Shown in pieces: positions 27,556-37,313 of a stretch of 64,000 nucleotides of DNA; position 1 is the stretch's first letter; each line of letters opens with the position of its first letter. This stretch comes from a virus. Lineage: Duplodnaviria; Caudoviricetes. Below the pieces are notes generated by a model that was given only the letters and a program-made list of their open reading frames with translations, did not search any database and had not been told where the DNA came from. Where the stretch lies: the IMG/VR virus record IMGVR_UViG_3300031951_000008; one strand, given 5' to 3'. The position numbers were made by a program, and so were the translations under genes.

Positions 27556-30035
27556 ATGCTACGAATTATAGCCGCATTTTTCAAAACTAGCTGCCTAGAT
27601 TCGTTGATGCTCTTTGGCCGCTTAATTGAAACGAGATAGTCATTGCCTGCGAAGTGGTTATCTTCGCAAGCTATTTGTGCTGCTATATTTACATATGGTA
27701 TAGCATCGTGTGAGAATTCAAGTACGGCTTCCCGACCTTCTGTCTGTAGTATGCCCATACCATTGGCAGTATTAATGAATGAGTGCAAAGCTGCTTCCGT
27801 AGGCATAGTCAAGATTGCTTTAATTGGCTTTCTTGAGAATGGTATTCGTATGTCGTACCGTCTTCTGCATTCGTTAAGTGCTCTATCGAGCCTCGCAGCA
27901 ATGAGACGCGATGCGTTCTGTAGAAGCATAAAGTCTACCGCGTCCATTGACTCTAATATCGGTAACTCTTTGGCTAAGTAACTCTCAGCAAATCCCTCGG
28001 CTTTAAATCGATTTAAGTTGCTGGTAGCCGCAGCTATTCTGAGCTTCATCAAGCCGTTCAAGTATGCAGTGCTGACTGCCTTGTTTGAAATGGCTGTATC
28101 AGTTTTCTTAGAGATATCGACTTCCTTGCCGGTTCTCTTGTCGATGTACGTAGACTTCATACCAGGTGCTTCAGCTTTGGCGGACCTAGCAGTCTGGATG
28201 CCTAACTGTTCGAATTCCTTTACTTCCGCAGTCATTTCGTCCTGAATCTCTTTGGGATGCATCTGTGGATAATCACGCCGAGTCCATATAGAGTGCCAAA
28301 GTTCTCCGGATGGTGTTGGCTCGATCTCAGGGTCTTCGTTGGGAGACCACCAGCCAACAGCATCTCTAGGCTTGGATAGATTAGATCTTGTAACGCCCTT
28401 ACCAGGATATTGGCTTGCGATCTTACCTAAATGCCGCAATACGAAACGGAATTCATTAGCCGACATCGGGCCGCCTATCTTGGCAATACCAGATTGTTGC
28501 CATGGCTGCGATTCTGCTGCCGTGGGCTTCCTGGTCTCAGCCCCTAAATCTAGAGCTATTTGATTAAGCTTAGGCGATTTGGCGATGATGCCGGATAAAT
28601 TGTAATTCAATGCGATCTGCAGCAAAACATTAAGCCGGTCAGCTGCTTCTCGTCCTGCTAGTGTGAATTCTACTTCGGAGTCTTCGTCGGCTTGAGTGAA
28701 GTATTTGCTCTCTAATGATCGACCAGACTTCGCTTCAACGTCTTGCTTATTACCCAGATCGTCTTCTACATCGAGGCTACTAACACCCTTTGTTAGATTG
28801 ACGGCTCTAGTTTCGCCTTCGTAGGAGCCACTTCCCAACCATTCAGGAGCATCTGGGAAAGTCTTTTTGGTTTTTGCCCAGACAAACTGGCCTGGACTGG
28901 CTTCAGTCCATCGGTAGTATGCAACGTTCTTTCTCGATCCAGTAGATACAGCCTGTCCTAGGCCTGTTGAAGCACCTCTGATCGGGGTTTCTTCTAACTC
29001 GATCTCATCCTGTAGCTGGCGTATACGGGCCTGAGTAGCTTCAATCCTATCCTGGTTTCCACTCTCTAGTGCGTCGGCATAATCCATCGCAATAGCGTAG
29101 ACACGACTTGAGTATTGCTCGAAAGGATTGTCCGGATGCTTATCATAGCTCTTCTTGGTTCGGAAGGGTCCTTTAATTTGATCCGCTATCGCTCTGGCTT
29201 GAACTGGTTTTTTAACGGCTAGCAAAGCATCTAAGCCTTTTAATCCTGTCTTTTGCGATTTTCCACCAATAGTTTGTGTCGCCTCACCGCCTTTTGCCTT
29301 TATGCCTGCTATTGATCCGCCGATGCCGTGTTCTATAGCACCGGCAATATTTCGTGTAACGAAGGATATAAACGCCGACCTGGATTCGTCTACGCCAGGC
29401 TGCATCATCTTTGATAACTCGATCGCTCCATTTTGATAGAGGTCATTTATAAATTGGTTATCGTTACCTCGGCCATATTTTCCGGCAATTTTCTTAGCGA
29501 TGCGGTACAATGGTGCTCCACCCATACTCCCGGCTTTAGGACTGCGGGGATTGGGCTTGTTAGAATATAAAGCATTCATATCACCAGCATAAGCTATTGC
29601 TACCTCGTCTTGCGTCCATTGAGGAGCCGCTCCACCGGGCTGATAACCTGGAGGTGGGGGGTATCCACCTCTGCTCGTCCAGGGCTTAGTCTCATACTTA
29701 GGACTAGCTGTCAGTGGCCCAATGGTATGGAAAAGAACATCTTCAGCATACTGTCTATCGTAACCAGGAGCGTACGGGTCTTTCCAATTTGCACCTGGTA
29801 CAAATGAGGCACCTGGTTTTCTCTTCGCAGTAGGAGTGCTCGTTTGTGACGTAGTAGCAGATGGACCAGCTGCGGCTGGTTCTTCTTCTACTTGATCAGT
29901 CGACTGTTTCGTTTGGTCTTCTGATTCATCGTCATAGATATCAGAAAAATCTACGTTCAATGCTTCATTGATACCGCTAACACGTCTTAATTTCTGTTCT
30001 AAAATCGAATCTAGTGAACCAATAAAACTTTTCAT
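27552..30035 (-). CDS. large sigma-70-like protein with putative head-protease sites
   Basis: Region 2-like PLYRIAKKIAGKYGRG..NDLYQNGAIELSKMMQPGVDESRSAFISFVTRNIAGAI; region 3.2-like VSSLDVEDD; region 4-like MSANEFRFVLRHLG and ISNKAVSTAYLNGLMKLR. Confidence 0.55.
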   Translation of the reverse strand: MKSFIGSLDSILEQKLRRVSGINEALNVDFSDIYDDESEDQTKQSTDQVEEEPAAAGPSATTSQTSTPTAKRKPGASFVPGANWKDPYAPGYDRQYAEDVLFHTIGPLTASPKYETKPWTSRGGYPPPPGYQPGGAAPQWTQDEVAIAYAGDMNALYSNKPNPRSPKAGSMGGAPLYRIAKKIAGKYGRGNDNQFINDLYQNGAIELSKMMQPGVDESRSAFISFVTRNIAGAIEHGIGGSIAGIKAKGGEATQTIGGKSQKTGLKGLDALLAVKKPVQARAIADQIKGPFRTKKSYDKHPDNPFEQYSSRVYAIAMDYADALESGNQDRIEATQARIRQLQDEIELEETPIRGASTGLGQAVSTGSRKNVAYYRWTEASPGQFVWAKTKKTFPDAPEWLGSGSYEGETRAVNLTKGVSSLDVEDDLGNKQDVEAKSGRSLESKYFTQADEDSEVEFTLAGREAADRLNVLLQIALNYNLSGIIAKSPKLNQIALDLGAETRKPTAAESQPWQQSGIAKIGGPMSANEFRFVLRHLGKIASQYPGKGVTRSNLSKPRDAVGWWSPNEDPEIEPTPSGELWHSIWTRRDYPQMHPKEIQDEMTAEVKEFEQLGIQTARSAKAEAPGMKSTYIDKRTGKEVDISKKTDTAISNKAVSTAYLNGLMKLRIAAATSNLNRFKAEGFAESYLAKELPILESMDAVDFMLLQNASRLIAARLDRALNECRRRYDIRIPFSRKPIKAILTMPTEAALHSFINTANGMGILQTEGREAVLEFSHDAIPYVNIAAQIACEDNHFAGNDYLVSIKRPKSINESRQLVLKNAAIIRSI

Positions 30036-30053
30036 TGTTATCTCCCTTGTTAT

Positions 30054-30065
30054 ATAATAAATTTG
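30054..30065 (-). promoter_or_regulatory. candidate promoter motif CAAATTTATTAT
   Basis: Upstream of the AAGGGAG SD of the 30035 gene. Confidence 0.3.
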
Positions 30066-30073
30066 CAGTGGTA

Positions 30074-30727
30074 TTAATGCATCAAATATTTGGCTATGAT
30101 GGCTTCCTCTTCTTCATCTACTGATGACTTGAGGATAGTGTTCTTTGGACCTTTGATGGCTTTGATAACTAACTTAGGACAATTAACTATCGATACAGCC
30201 ATGTTGTTGTGACTAAATTTTTGGATAAGACTTAGTTCTTCATTTTTATCTATATTGTCGTAGTCAATTCCGTTTGGCCTGATAAACATGCATGTGTCAT
30301 ATACAGCTACACCTCTGACCTGATAAGTAGCGTTTCCGGTAATATGACTATACTGAAGAGTTTTTCCCAACATGACCATACTAGCTGGTTCTGCTGCCAT
30401 AGCCTTAGCAAGAGTGCTTAAATAATGAGGCTCGTAATGATAATCAAGTCTGAATTGAGCTATAATTTGCCCGTTCGCGTGAGATAATCCAAAATTTCTA
30501 GCAGTGCCAGCAGGTAGGAAGATCGGTGTATCAATAAGAATGACGTTAGCCTTGGCCGCTATGTTTAGTGTACTAGCTTCATGCTGTGTTGGCCGGTTGT
30601 TGACAATGATCAACTCTTTATAATCATAATCTTGCGATTCAAATCCCTCAATCGCTTTTAATAGCCCGTTATAATCGTTGCCTTTATATATCAGTACACA
30701 TGAGATAAGAGGAATGTCTTGAGTCAT
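30074..30727 (-). CDS. glycosyltransferase family 2 (GT-A)
   Basis: PLISCVL, SQDY..KELIIVNN, GTARNFGLSHANGQIIAQF; DxD degenerate (RLD). Confidence 0.75.
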   Translation of the reverse strand: MTQDIPLISCVLIYKGNDYNGLLKAIEGFESQDYDYKELIIVNNRPTQHEASTLNIAAKANVILIDTPIFLPAGTARNFGLSHANGQIIAQFRLDYHYEPHYLSTLAKAMAAEPASMVMLGKTLQYSHITGNATYQVRGVAVYDTCMFIRPNGIDYDNIDKNEELSLIQKFSHNNMAVSIVNCPKLVIKAIKGPKNTILKSSVDEEEEAIIAKYLMH

Positions 30728-31638
30728 TAGCTTCCTATATAGTCTAGACCACTGGAAATAGCTTTCCAGGCTTCTGAGAATTGAGACACCTCTTTTAATG
30801 TCCCATTATTGTATGATCTTTGTATGTATTCTGACAGCTTAGCGAACCATGGTAACCATTCATCTCTATGTTGTATAGCAGCATCATTGGCTGTCTTGGC
30901 CGCTGAAATTATTTCTGCAACATCGGTAAATTTACCGCTATCGATTTGTGTAGCTATGCTTTTAAATGCGGCGGCTAGTTTTTGTGCGTCTAACTTAATA
31001 TCTTCTTCTTGATTAGTTTCTGTTCTGATAACCAAGTTAGTCCATTCGGCGACAGATTTAGCAAGACCCTCTAATGGCACTGACGGGTTCGTGGGAATAG
31101 GCGGATTAGGCTCTGCTGGCGTTGTAGGTTCAGTAGGATTGGGGTTTATCGGTGTAACAGGCTCATCGGGCCTTCCAACGCTGACTATGACACTCTGAGT
31201 GCTAGACCTCTGTACAACATCGATTATTTTATCATTGTCCTTAACTGTATAAACAAATGATGTCGTAAGGATAACTGTATAATTTGCTGGTGCGGTCCCT
31301 GTTCCAAAAATCGCCCTTGTACCATCAGGCCAAACAAGCAAGTCTCTCTTAGGCAATATTGTCCAGGCGTAGGATATTGAGTGCAAATTGCTGGTCTTAG
31401 TGTCGACGGTCGTATTTAAGACGACTAATTCACCAATATCGATCGGCTTTTCAGCACCCGTGATATTGATCGTTGGTGTTTGGGCCTCAAATGCCGTTAT
31501 GCTGCTAGGTTGGTTTTGCTTTTGTGTGAACCCATTGAATTTCGAATTAGGATTAATCAAATCGAAATTCTGAGCCAAAGCGGACTGTGCCAATGCTGCG
31601 GCACACACCAAAATAAATGCTGCTCTGTACACTGGCAC
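30727..31638 (-). CDS. secreted protein with signal peptide, beta-sandwich domain and Pro-rich linker
   Basis: GTG start after AAGGAG; MPVYRAAFILVCAAALAQSALA signal peptide; PINPNPTEPTTPAEP linker. Confidence 0.7.
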   Translation of the reverse strand: MPVYRAAFILVCAAALAQSALAQNFDLINPNSKFNGFTQKQNQPSSITAFEAQTPTINITGAEKPIDIGELVVLNTTVDTKTSNLHSISYAWTILPKRDLLVWPDGTRAIFGTGTAPANYTVILTTSFVYTVKDNDKIIDVVQRSSTQSVIVSVGRPDEPVTPINPNPTEPTTPAEPNPPIPTNPSVPLEGLAKSVAEWTNLVIRTETNQEEDIKLDAQKLAAAFKSIATQIDSGKFTDVAEIISAAKTANDAAIQHRDEWLPWFAKLSEYIQRSYNNGTLKEVSQFSEAWKAISSGLDYIGS

Positions 31639-31678
31639 AATCTCCTTGACTTATGGATCAATAACTTAAGATCTTGGT

Positions 31679-32041
31679 TTAGAGAGCTTGGGTGAGCAAG
31701 TACTCTAGCAACTTCTCGGCGGCGAACTTTAGGATCGCCTTCCAGTCGATAATAGCTTGTGCAGAAACTCCATCTGCTTGAGCTAACACTTTTTCCATCT
31801 CGGCGAGAGGATCACAGACACTTTGAGCGGAAGCACAATTTCCACCGCAGCAAGTCTCCGGAGCCGATTGGCTGGAAAGGTTGAAGCTAGTCTCGCCAAG
31901 CAAACGACTTTGTGCGTATCCTTGTACAACCCAGAGGTCATGGGCGAATTCGGCTTTTTTACTAGCAATCTCTCCGCTGCGTGCGATATTGATGACATTA
32001 CGTGTCTCTAGAACCGGTAGATCTGCTGGATATGGTGTCAT
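31679..32041 (-). CDS. small protein with amphipathic C-terminal helix
   Basis: AGGAG SD; C-terminus IIDWKAILKFAAEKLLEYLL. Confidence 0.7.
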   Translation of the reverse strand: MTPYPADLPVLETRNVINIARSGEIASKKAEFAHDLWVVQGYAQSRLLGETSFNLSSQSAPETCCGGNCASAQSVCDPLAEMEKVLAQADGVSAQAIIDWKAILKFAAEKLLEYLLTQAL

Positions 32042-32075
32042 TTTCGACTCCTAGGTAAGTAATTATTTTATCAAA

Positions 32076-32093
32076 GTTACATTACAATGTAAC
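32076..32093. promoter_or_regulatory. palindromic operator-like site GTTACATT-AC-AATGTAAC
   Basis: Perfect 8-bp inverted repeat in the divergent intergenic gap 32042-32127. Confidence 0.45.
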
Positions 32094-32127
32094 AAACCAC
32101 CCTATATACTTTCGGGACAAGCCTCAG

Positions 32128-32550
32128 ATGCAAGATAGCATACGACAGATTATCGCCTTGATGAATGAAGACGGCATTGTTCCAGGCAGCACATCCGTAT
32201 TAACTGGTGCAGCAATGGCACAATCAGTACCAAACACTGATAACCCCAATATGCTTGCTTCAGACAATGGTGGATATGGAGAACCAACTGAACCAGAAGC
32301 AAATGATTTCACAGAGTTAGAATACAAATTAACCAAAAGATTCTTGGAGCTTATCGGCGGAACTGAGAGAGCACGGGAAATAATAAATAAGTGCGATGAT
32401 TGTGAAGAGTGCTTAAACTTGGTTACTGCCGATGACGATGATGTAATCAATAGCATAGCTAGTACTATGCCGGATGACGTAGGACTACCGACGAATATTG
32501 TAAATATGTCTTCATTGTACAATCCTAGTACTATAGCGGGGCCTATGTAG
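32128..32550 (+). CDS. acidic putative internal virion protein
   Basis: Leader MQDSIRQIIALMNED. Confidence 0.7.
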   Translation: MQDSIRQIIALMNEDGIVPGSTSVLTGAAMAQSVPNTDNPNMLASDNGGYGEPTEPEANDFTELEYKLTKRFLELIGGTERAREIINKCDDCEECLNLVTADDDDVINSIASTMPDDVGLPTNIVNMSSLYNPSTIAGPM

Positions 32551-32553
32551 TAG

Positions 32554-33111
32554 ATGATTGACTTTGATGCTACACTCAATATCTTATTAGAAGACGCAAA
32601 TGTGGATTGGCAGCCAATGGCACAAGCACAAGAGCTTGTACAGCAATTAGGCGATGCTAAGAGGAAACTCACTCAGATCAAACACCAGCTGAGCATGGTC
32701 AAAAATCAAATCATCGCTGATTTAGCCATGCAGATACGCCGACACTCACCCGCATTAAATGTCGGGCTAGACCACGGTTATTGTAAAGTTGGCTATAAAA
32801 CTAAGCATTTACTGTTGACTCCCGATTTAATCAATGGGGTGTGGAAGGTCAAGGCATCGGACGCTAACTTTGCAAATAAATTCCAAAAAGCTCGACTACG
32901 AGACTTATTTCTCGATTCAAGCATTGAAGTCCTGATACAGTCAATATCTGATTACTTCCTTGAGCATTATAAAACACTCGAAGAAGGAACAGGATGTGGA
33001 ATACTGCTGATAGAAGGTAAAATCAGTTACCTGGCAGATTTAGTTAGGTATCGTGACTCCTTTTCTACTAATCATATGCCTCTAAAATCACGAAGAGCGA
33101 GGCTTCAATGA
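32554..33111 (+). CDS. putative internal virion protein
   Basis: Leader MIDFDATLNILLED; coiled coil. Confidence 0.7.
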   Translation: MIDFDATLNILLEDANVDWQPMAQAQELVQQLGDAKRKLTQIKHQLSMVKNQIIADLAMQIRRHSPALNVGLDHGYCKVGYKTKHLLLTPDLINGVWKVKASDANFANKFQKARLRDLFLDSSIEVLIQSISDYFLEHYKTLEEGTGCGILLIEGKISYLADLVRYRDSFSTNHMPLKSRRARLQ

Positions 33112-34196
33112 TAGATAAATTAAGCAGAGTACGAGACTTCGTCGAGGAATATTGCAGCAGGAACCAAATACCTATAAGCTCAATTGCCGACACCACAGGC
33201 ATTCAGGGCATCAAGATATACGAAAAAGATAAGAATGAGTTATTTAAGCTATTCAATGAGCTATCTCCTCTACTTGAAGCTGATCAGGTTTGTCTGAGCA
33301 CAGAAAAAGTTAGAGGAGGATTGCTTTTAGCATTTTCGCTGAAAGCTTTAACAGAAACAGAAATCAGCCAATTTATAAATTCAATCGGCGAAGAGCGTGC
33401 GAATATGAGTTTTGAAGATAGAATCGACAATGCGTTGACAGTACCAGTAACAACTGTAGTCAAGTCGGGTCAGCCAAACCAAAAAGAGCCAAGCTTCCTG
33501 GACATGGCACGCAAGATCTTCGAAGACCAATACAAAGATGCTATATCGGGTGGTGATCGATGCAATCAGACAGGTCGTCAAAGGGTTTACTACGACCCAG
33601 ACACTGTTACATATGCAGGAAAGATCAAAAAGGGTAAGAAACCTAGGCGGCAATTTAGTACGTCTCTCAAAGAAGCATTGGAAGGAATCGCCACGCCTAC
33701 AGGCATACAGCCTAATGATTTGTTCGCTAGCTTCGCGAATGCTCTCCAGCAACTTGGCGAAAGACTTGGTGTAGGGCCTTTACAAAATAAGCTAAAGGAA
33801 CAAGGTATAGAGTACAGGAAGTCGAAGGATGGGCAAGCTATCATTCTCTATGTATTGAACGGGAAGACAAAAGCGCCGTCGCCTATCGCCAGGATTACAG
33901 CCGAGACTTTAAGCAAGCCCAATGAATTTGAGCAAGAGCTTTTAAAAATGGTTGACTTTTCCAAAGGCGACGCTCCAGGTGCATTTAAACAAAAGCAAGA
34001 AGAATTTAGAGAACAAGAAAAAGCAGTGCGTGAGATAGCTAAAGGTTCTGCCCCTCAGCCGCCTCAAACCACTCAAAGCCAGCCAGCAGCACAACCAGCA
34101 GCACAACCAGCAGCACAACCAGTGCAACCGGCCCCAACAGCACCAAACCGTGCGGCAGTCCAAGCGGCCTCACCCAAATCACCTGTCAAAGTTTAA
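33108..34196 (+). CDS. putative internal virion protein
   Basis: 362 aa; LTE, IFE and LKE sites; QPAA repeat tail. Confidence 0.65.
   Translation: MIDKLSRVRDFVEEYCSRNQIPISSIADTTGIQGIKIYEKDKNELFKLFNELSPLLEADQVCLSTEKVRGGLLLAFSLKALTETEISQFINSIGEERANMSFEDRIDNALTVPVTTVVKSGQPNQKEPSFLDMARKIFEDQYKDAISGGDRCNQTGRQRVYYDPDTVTYAGKIKKGKKPRRQFSTSLKEALEGIATPTGIQPNDLFASFANALQQLGERLGVGPLQNKLKEQGIEYRKSKDGQAIILYVLNGKTKAPSPIARITAETLSKPNEFEQELLKMVDFSKGDAPGAFKQKQEEFREQEKAVREIAKGSAPQPPQTTQSQPAAQPAAQPAAQPVQPAPTAPNRAAVQAASPKSPVKV
34080..34124 (+). repeat. 12-bp coding tandem repeat (QPAA)
   Basis: CA(G/A)CCAGCAGCA x3 plus a partial unit. Confidence 0.8.
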
Positions 34197-34199
34197 CAC

Positions 34200-34820
34200 A
34201 TGACTCTGCCCGATAACAGAATTCAGTTACCGCCTACTAAGATCGACTTTGATACCCAGGTCGGTGTTACTGGTCAAGTACATGATGACTATCCTCCTCC
34301 ACAGGGGCAAGCTCGCTTTGACCACATGCGGATGTACCTTATTGGTCTGTTATCACAACAATCATCATTCGATCCGCCTAGCCAAAAGAGGGATGGTACA
34401 CCTTGGTTCGATTTAAATGAACTAAGCCTTAAGATATCGTTTAACAACGTTTGGCTACCTTACAGCGATGCTATAAAAATCGGTGGCATGTCACTCTCTG
34501 ACTGGTACACCAATGTTGAAACAGCACTAGTAGGCATCGCTCCTGAGATATTTTTCTCTGGTGTCTGTACACAGCAGGGAGTAGTGGATATACCGATTCC
34601 TACAGAATACCAAGTCCTCATCTCGGCAGAATCAAAAGCTTTTGTCACGATTAATAGGACGCATCAATTTACTCCGTTAGAAGTCCAATTCATAGGCTCA
34701 CCCAATCCGACGACCATTAGGTTGTTAAATGCCGAGCTAGAAGCCGACGATACGTTTGCTGTGTCGATTAGAAGAATACCTAATTCGAATTTTCTTAATA
34801 GCACATTAAGCATACCTTGA
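34200..34820 (+). CDS. putative virion structural protein
   Basis: 206 aa, beta-rich, adjacent to a baseplate-type gene. Confidence 0.55.
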   Translation: MTLPDNRIQLPPTKIDFDTQVGVTGQVHDDYPPPQGQARFDHMRMYLIGLLSQQSSFDPPSQKRDGTPWFDLNELSLKISFNNVWLPYSDAIKIGGMSLSDWYTNVETALVGIAPEIFFSGVCTQQGVVDIPIPTEYQVLISAESKAFVTINRTHQFTPLEVQFIGSPNPTTIRLLNAELEADDTFAVSIRRIPNSNFLNSTLSIP

Positions 34821-34827
34821 GGATAAA

Positions 34828-35898
34828 ATGGCTAACATTGGTTTAAGCGATAGCTACGACAACATACGAACAGACAAAGGGTTCGTCAAAGCATACAAAG
34901 GCGAAATAGAGTTCGAATTTAGAGATCGCAACGGCCAGACCATACGGCAGCACCGTGAGCCCAATATTATCAAAATATTCGCAAAAGAAATCTTAGCCCA
35001 TAGGCTTGCATATGGTAAAGTGTGGGACCCGACTGCAAATACCGGAAGTGGCGGCTGGGTAAGTCACTCTATTGACTTGGAAGAATTTGCTGTGAAGTAC
35101 ATTGTTTTCGGTGCTTCCTTCGACGAAAACGGCAACCCGTTAGATTCTGCTGATACTGACTTTTATACACCTGATTCTACTGTTGGTAGCTACACGCCAA
35201 TCCAATTGGGTGTTGGCGCAGAATATGATGGCGGTTTAATTAAACCCGTACCGATTTCTGAGCCGACCAGACCACTCAAAAGGATAGAAAGAATCTACTT
35301 TGAGCCTACCTATCAGCCCGCTGGGACCCCTCTCTTAACGGCAGATGTTAGAGCCATTAACAATGTAGTGGTTTTTGAAACTACTTTAACCAAAGACGAA
35401 TACAATGGGTTAGGTGTCACACTCAACGACTACCTTACCATCACTGAGGTCGCTCTGGTGGGTGCTGCGGAAGTTGATTCTCTTGGGTCATGTGACTGTG
35501 ACCCAAGAGACATCTTCCTGCAGGGCAGGAGCACCGGAGGAGCCCTGTCTGCTGTGGCGAGTGGTACGGCTACAGTTACTATCGACATGTCTGAGACAGA
35601 AGTAGATCTGATAAAAGAAGGCGACCAAGTAAAGATCGTAGCCGCTGATTCGACAGCTAGTGAAGATCAGGAGCTTAACCAACTAAACCCGTATTATCTA
35701 GTGTTGAGTAAACTTCCAGGTGGTCACGACTTGCAGTTAGATAGGGTGCCAGTAGACGCGGATTCTAACCCGATTACTGGGAGCATCGGGTTATTACGCG
35801 ATGGCTTCAAGATCTTTTCGCACAGAATCCTGTCTGTGCCCGTCAAGAAGTCAGAAGACTTCGAAATAGTGGTAAGATGGCGCATAATATTTAACTAA
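34828..35898 (+). CDS. baseplate/tail-collar-type structural protein
   Basis: NIIKIFAKEILAHRL...VVFETTL..EYNG..ITEVAL...FSHRI..VKKSEDFEIVVRWRIIF pattern of fibre-attachment proteins. Confidence 0.6.
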   Translation: MANIGLSDSYDNIRTDKGFVKAYKGEIEFEFRDRNGQTIRQHREPNIIKIFAKEILAHRLAYGKVWDPTANTGSGGWVSHSIDLEEFAVKYIVFGASFDENGNPLDSADTDFYTPDSTVGSYTPIQLGVGAEYDGGLIKPVPISEPTRPLKRIERIYFEPTYQPAGTPLLTADVRAINNVVVFETTLTKDEYNGLGVTLNDYLTITEVALVGAAEVDSLGSCDCDPRDIFLQGRSTGGALSAVASGTATVTIDMSETEVDLIKEGDQVKIVAADSTASEDQELNQLNPYYLVLSKLPGGHDLQLDRVPVDADSNPITGSIGLLRDGFKIFSHRILSVPVKKSEDFEIVVRWRIIFN

Positions 35899-35927
35899 TC
35901 CAAAGTCTTTTGACTCTTTTATTTAAT

Positions 35928-37313
35928 ATGCCTACTGGTAAAAGTATCGACTGGCAACTATATGATAATATGATAAACATACATCTACCGCATATGACTA
36001 TCTCTGACTTTCAAGCCAGATACTTGCCTAGCATCTCTGCCAAGGCTATAGGTTCACGGGCGAAAAAATTAGGCGTTAGGCCTAAAAAATATGTCCCTAC
36101 TGATATACATAAAACCAAAATTTCTAAATCAGCAAGCAAGGCTTGGACTGATAAGGAAGATGATATTCTTTTATCTTCAGCTCATATCCAATCTATAGCA
36201 GAATTAGCGATACGGCTCCAAACTACTAAGTCGGCAGTTCATAGAAGATTAAAGCATCTTGGCTTTGAACAAAAAGAGGCAGACATCGCTCACAAACACA
36301 GCCGCAGGACAATCGAGTCATTTACTCTAGAAAGGAGGCAAATGCTTTCTACTCTTAGTAAAGGTCGTAAGCTTACAGATGAACATAAGGCTAAATTAGC
36401 CGAAGCACGCAGGAGACAATCTGGTAGAATTAGCAGTATACAGCAATCGTTTTATGATATAGCGGACAGTATGCATATAGAATATAGAAAAGAGTCGGAA
36501 CCCGAATGCAAAATAGGACCATGGACATTTGATGCGTTTGTTAGCCCCAATATCTTGGTAGAGATCCAGGGCGAGTGGATTCACTCTCAACACAAGAATA
36601 TTGTTAAAGACGCGGCCAAAGCAACATATATTGCTAAATATTTCCCACAATACCGTTTAGAATACATTTGGGAAGCTGAATTCGGTTCGCCTAATAGGAT
36701 AAAGGACCGTATTAACAAGATGATAGGCATTATACAGACAGAGCAAATAGATTTCTCTTTTGTAGATGTAAGAACAGGATTAGGTAATTTAGAAGAATCA
36801 AGACGGTTTATAAATGCATATCATTATTTGGGCAATTTAAAGGGCAGCATAACATTTTCTGCATATTTATATGATGAGATGATCGCTACAGCCATCTATG
36901 GAGCACCATCGCGACCGTTAAATGGAGACTATGGTAGTTATCCCTCATGTTTAGAATTAAGACGTTTAGTTATAAAAGAAGGATATAATAAGAAAAATTT
37001 CGCTAGTTGGTTTTTAACTCGCTCTGTAGCCTTGGTACCCCCTAAAACTAAAAAATTGGTATCGTATGCAGATCCTGTTTTTGGTCATAATGGCACAGTA
37101 TATAAATCTAGTGGCTGGGATTTCGACGGGATTACAGAGCCGAGCTACTATTATATAAGCAATGATGGTTACGTCATGCATAAAAAGACTCTTTTCGAAA
37201 GAGCCAATTCGGTTCACATGAAGGAAGCCGACTACGCTCAGAAGCATGGCTGGACTAAGGTACCGACTCCTCCAAAAAATAGGTTTGTAAAGAATTTATG
37301 CAAGTCAAGATAG
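35928..37313 (+). CDS. HTH/NUMOD3 + DUF559-like endonuclease + Mom-like GNAT DNA modification domain fusion
   Basis: WTDKEDDIL..SIAELAIRLQTTKSAV; KGRKLTDEHKAKL; FDAFV..ILVEIQGEWIH..D; FINAYHYLG, ELRRL, SYADPVFGHNGTVYKSSGW; TTG at 35910 is an alternative start. Confidence 0.7.
   Translation: MPTGKSIDWQLYDNMINIHLPHMTISDFQARYLPSISAKAIGSRAKKLGVRPKKYVPTDIHKTKISKSASKAWTDKEDDILLSSAHIQSIAELAIRLQTTKSAVHRRLKHLGFEQKEADIAHKHSRRTIESFTLERRQMLSTLSKGRKLTDEHKAKLAEARRRQSGRISSIQQSFYDIADSMHIEYRKESEPECKIGPWTFDAFVSPNILVEIQGEWIHSQHKNIVKDAAKATYIAKYFPQYRLEYIWEAEFGSPNRIKDRINKMIGIIQTEQIDFSFVDVRTGLGNLEESRRFINAYHYLGNLKGSITFSAYLYDEMIATAIYGAPSRPLNGDYGSYPSCLELRRLVIKEGYNKKNFASWFLTRSVALVPPKTKKLVSYADPVFGHNGTVYKSSGWDFDGITEPSYYYISNDGYVMHKKTLFERANSVHMKEADYAQKHGWTKVPTPPKNRFVKNLCKSR

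Noticed and set aside
32124-32672. 182-aa minus-strand ORF
   Set aside because: Antisense shadow of two well-spaced plus-strand genes; Ser/Ile-rich composition typical of shadows
35928-37313. Intein explaining the nuclease-Mom fusion
   Set aside because: No N-terminal Cys/Ser block or C-terminal His-Asn splice motif around the nuclease
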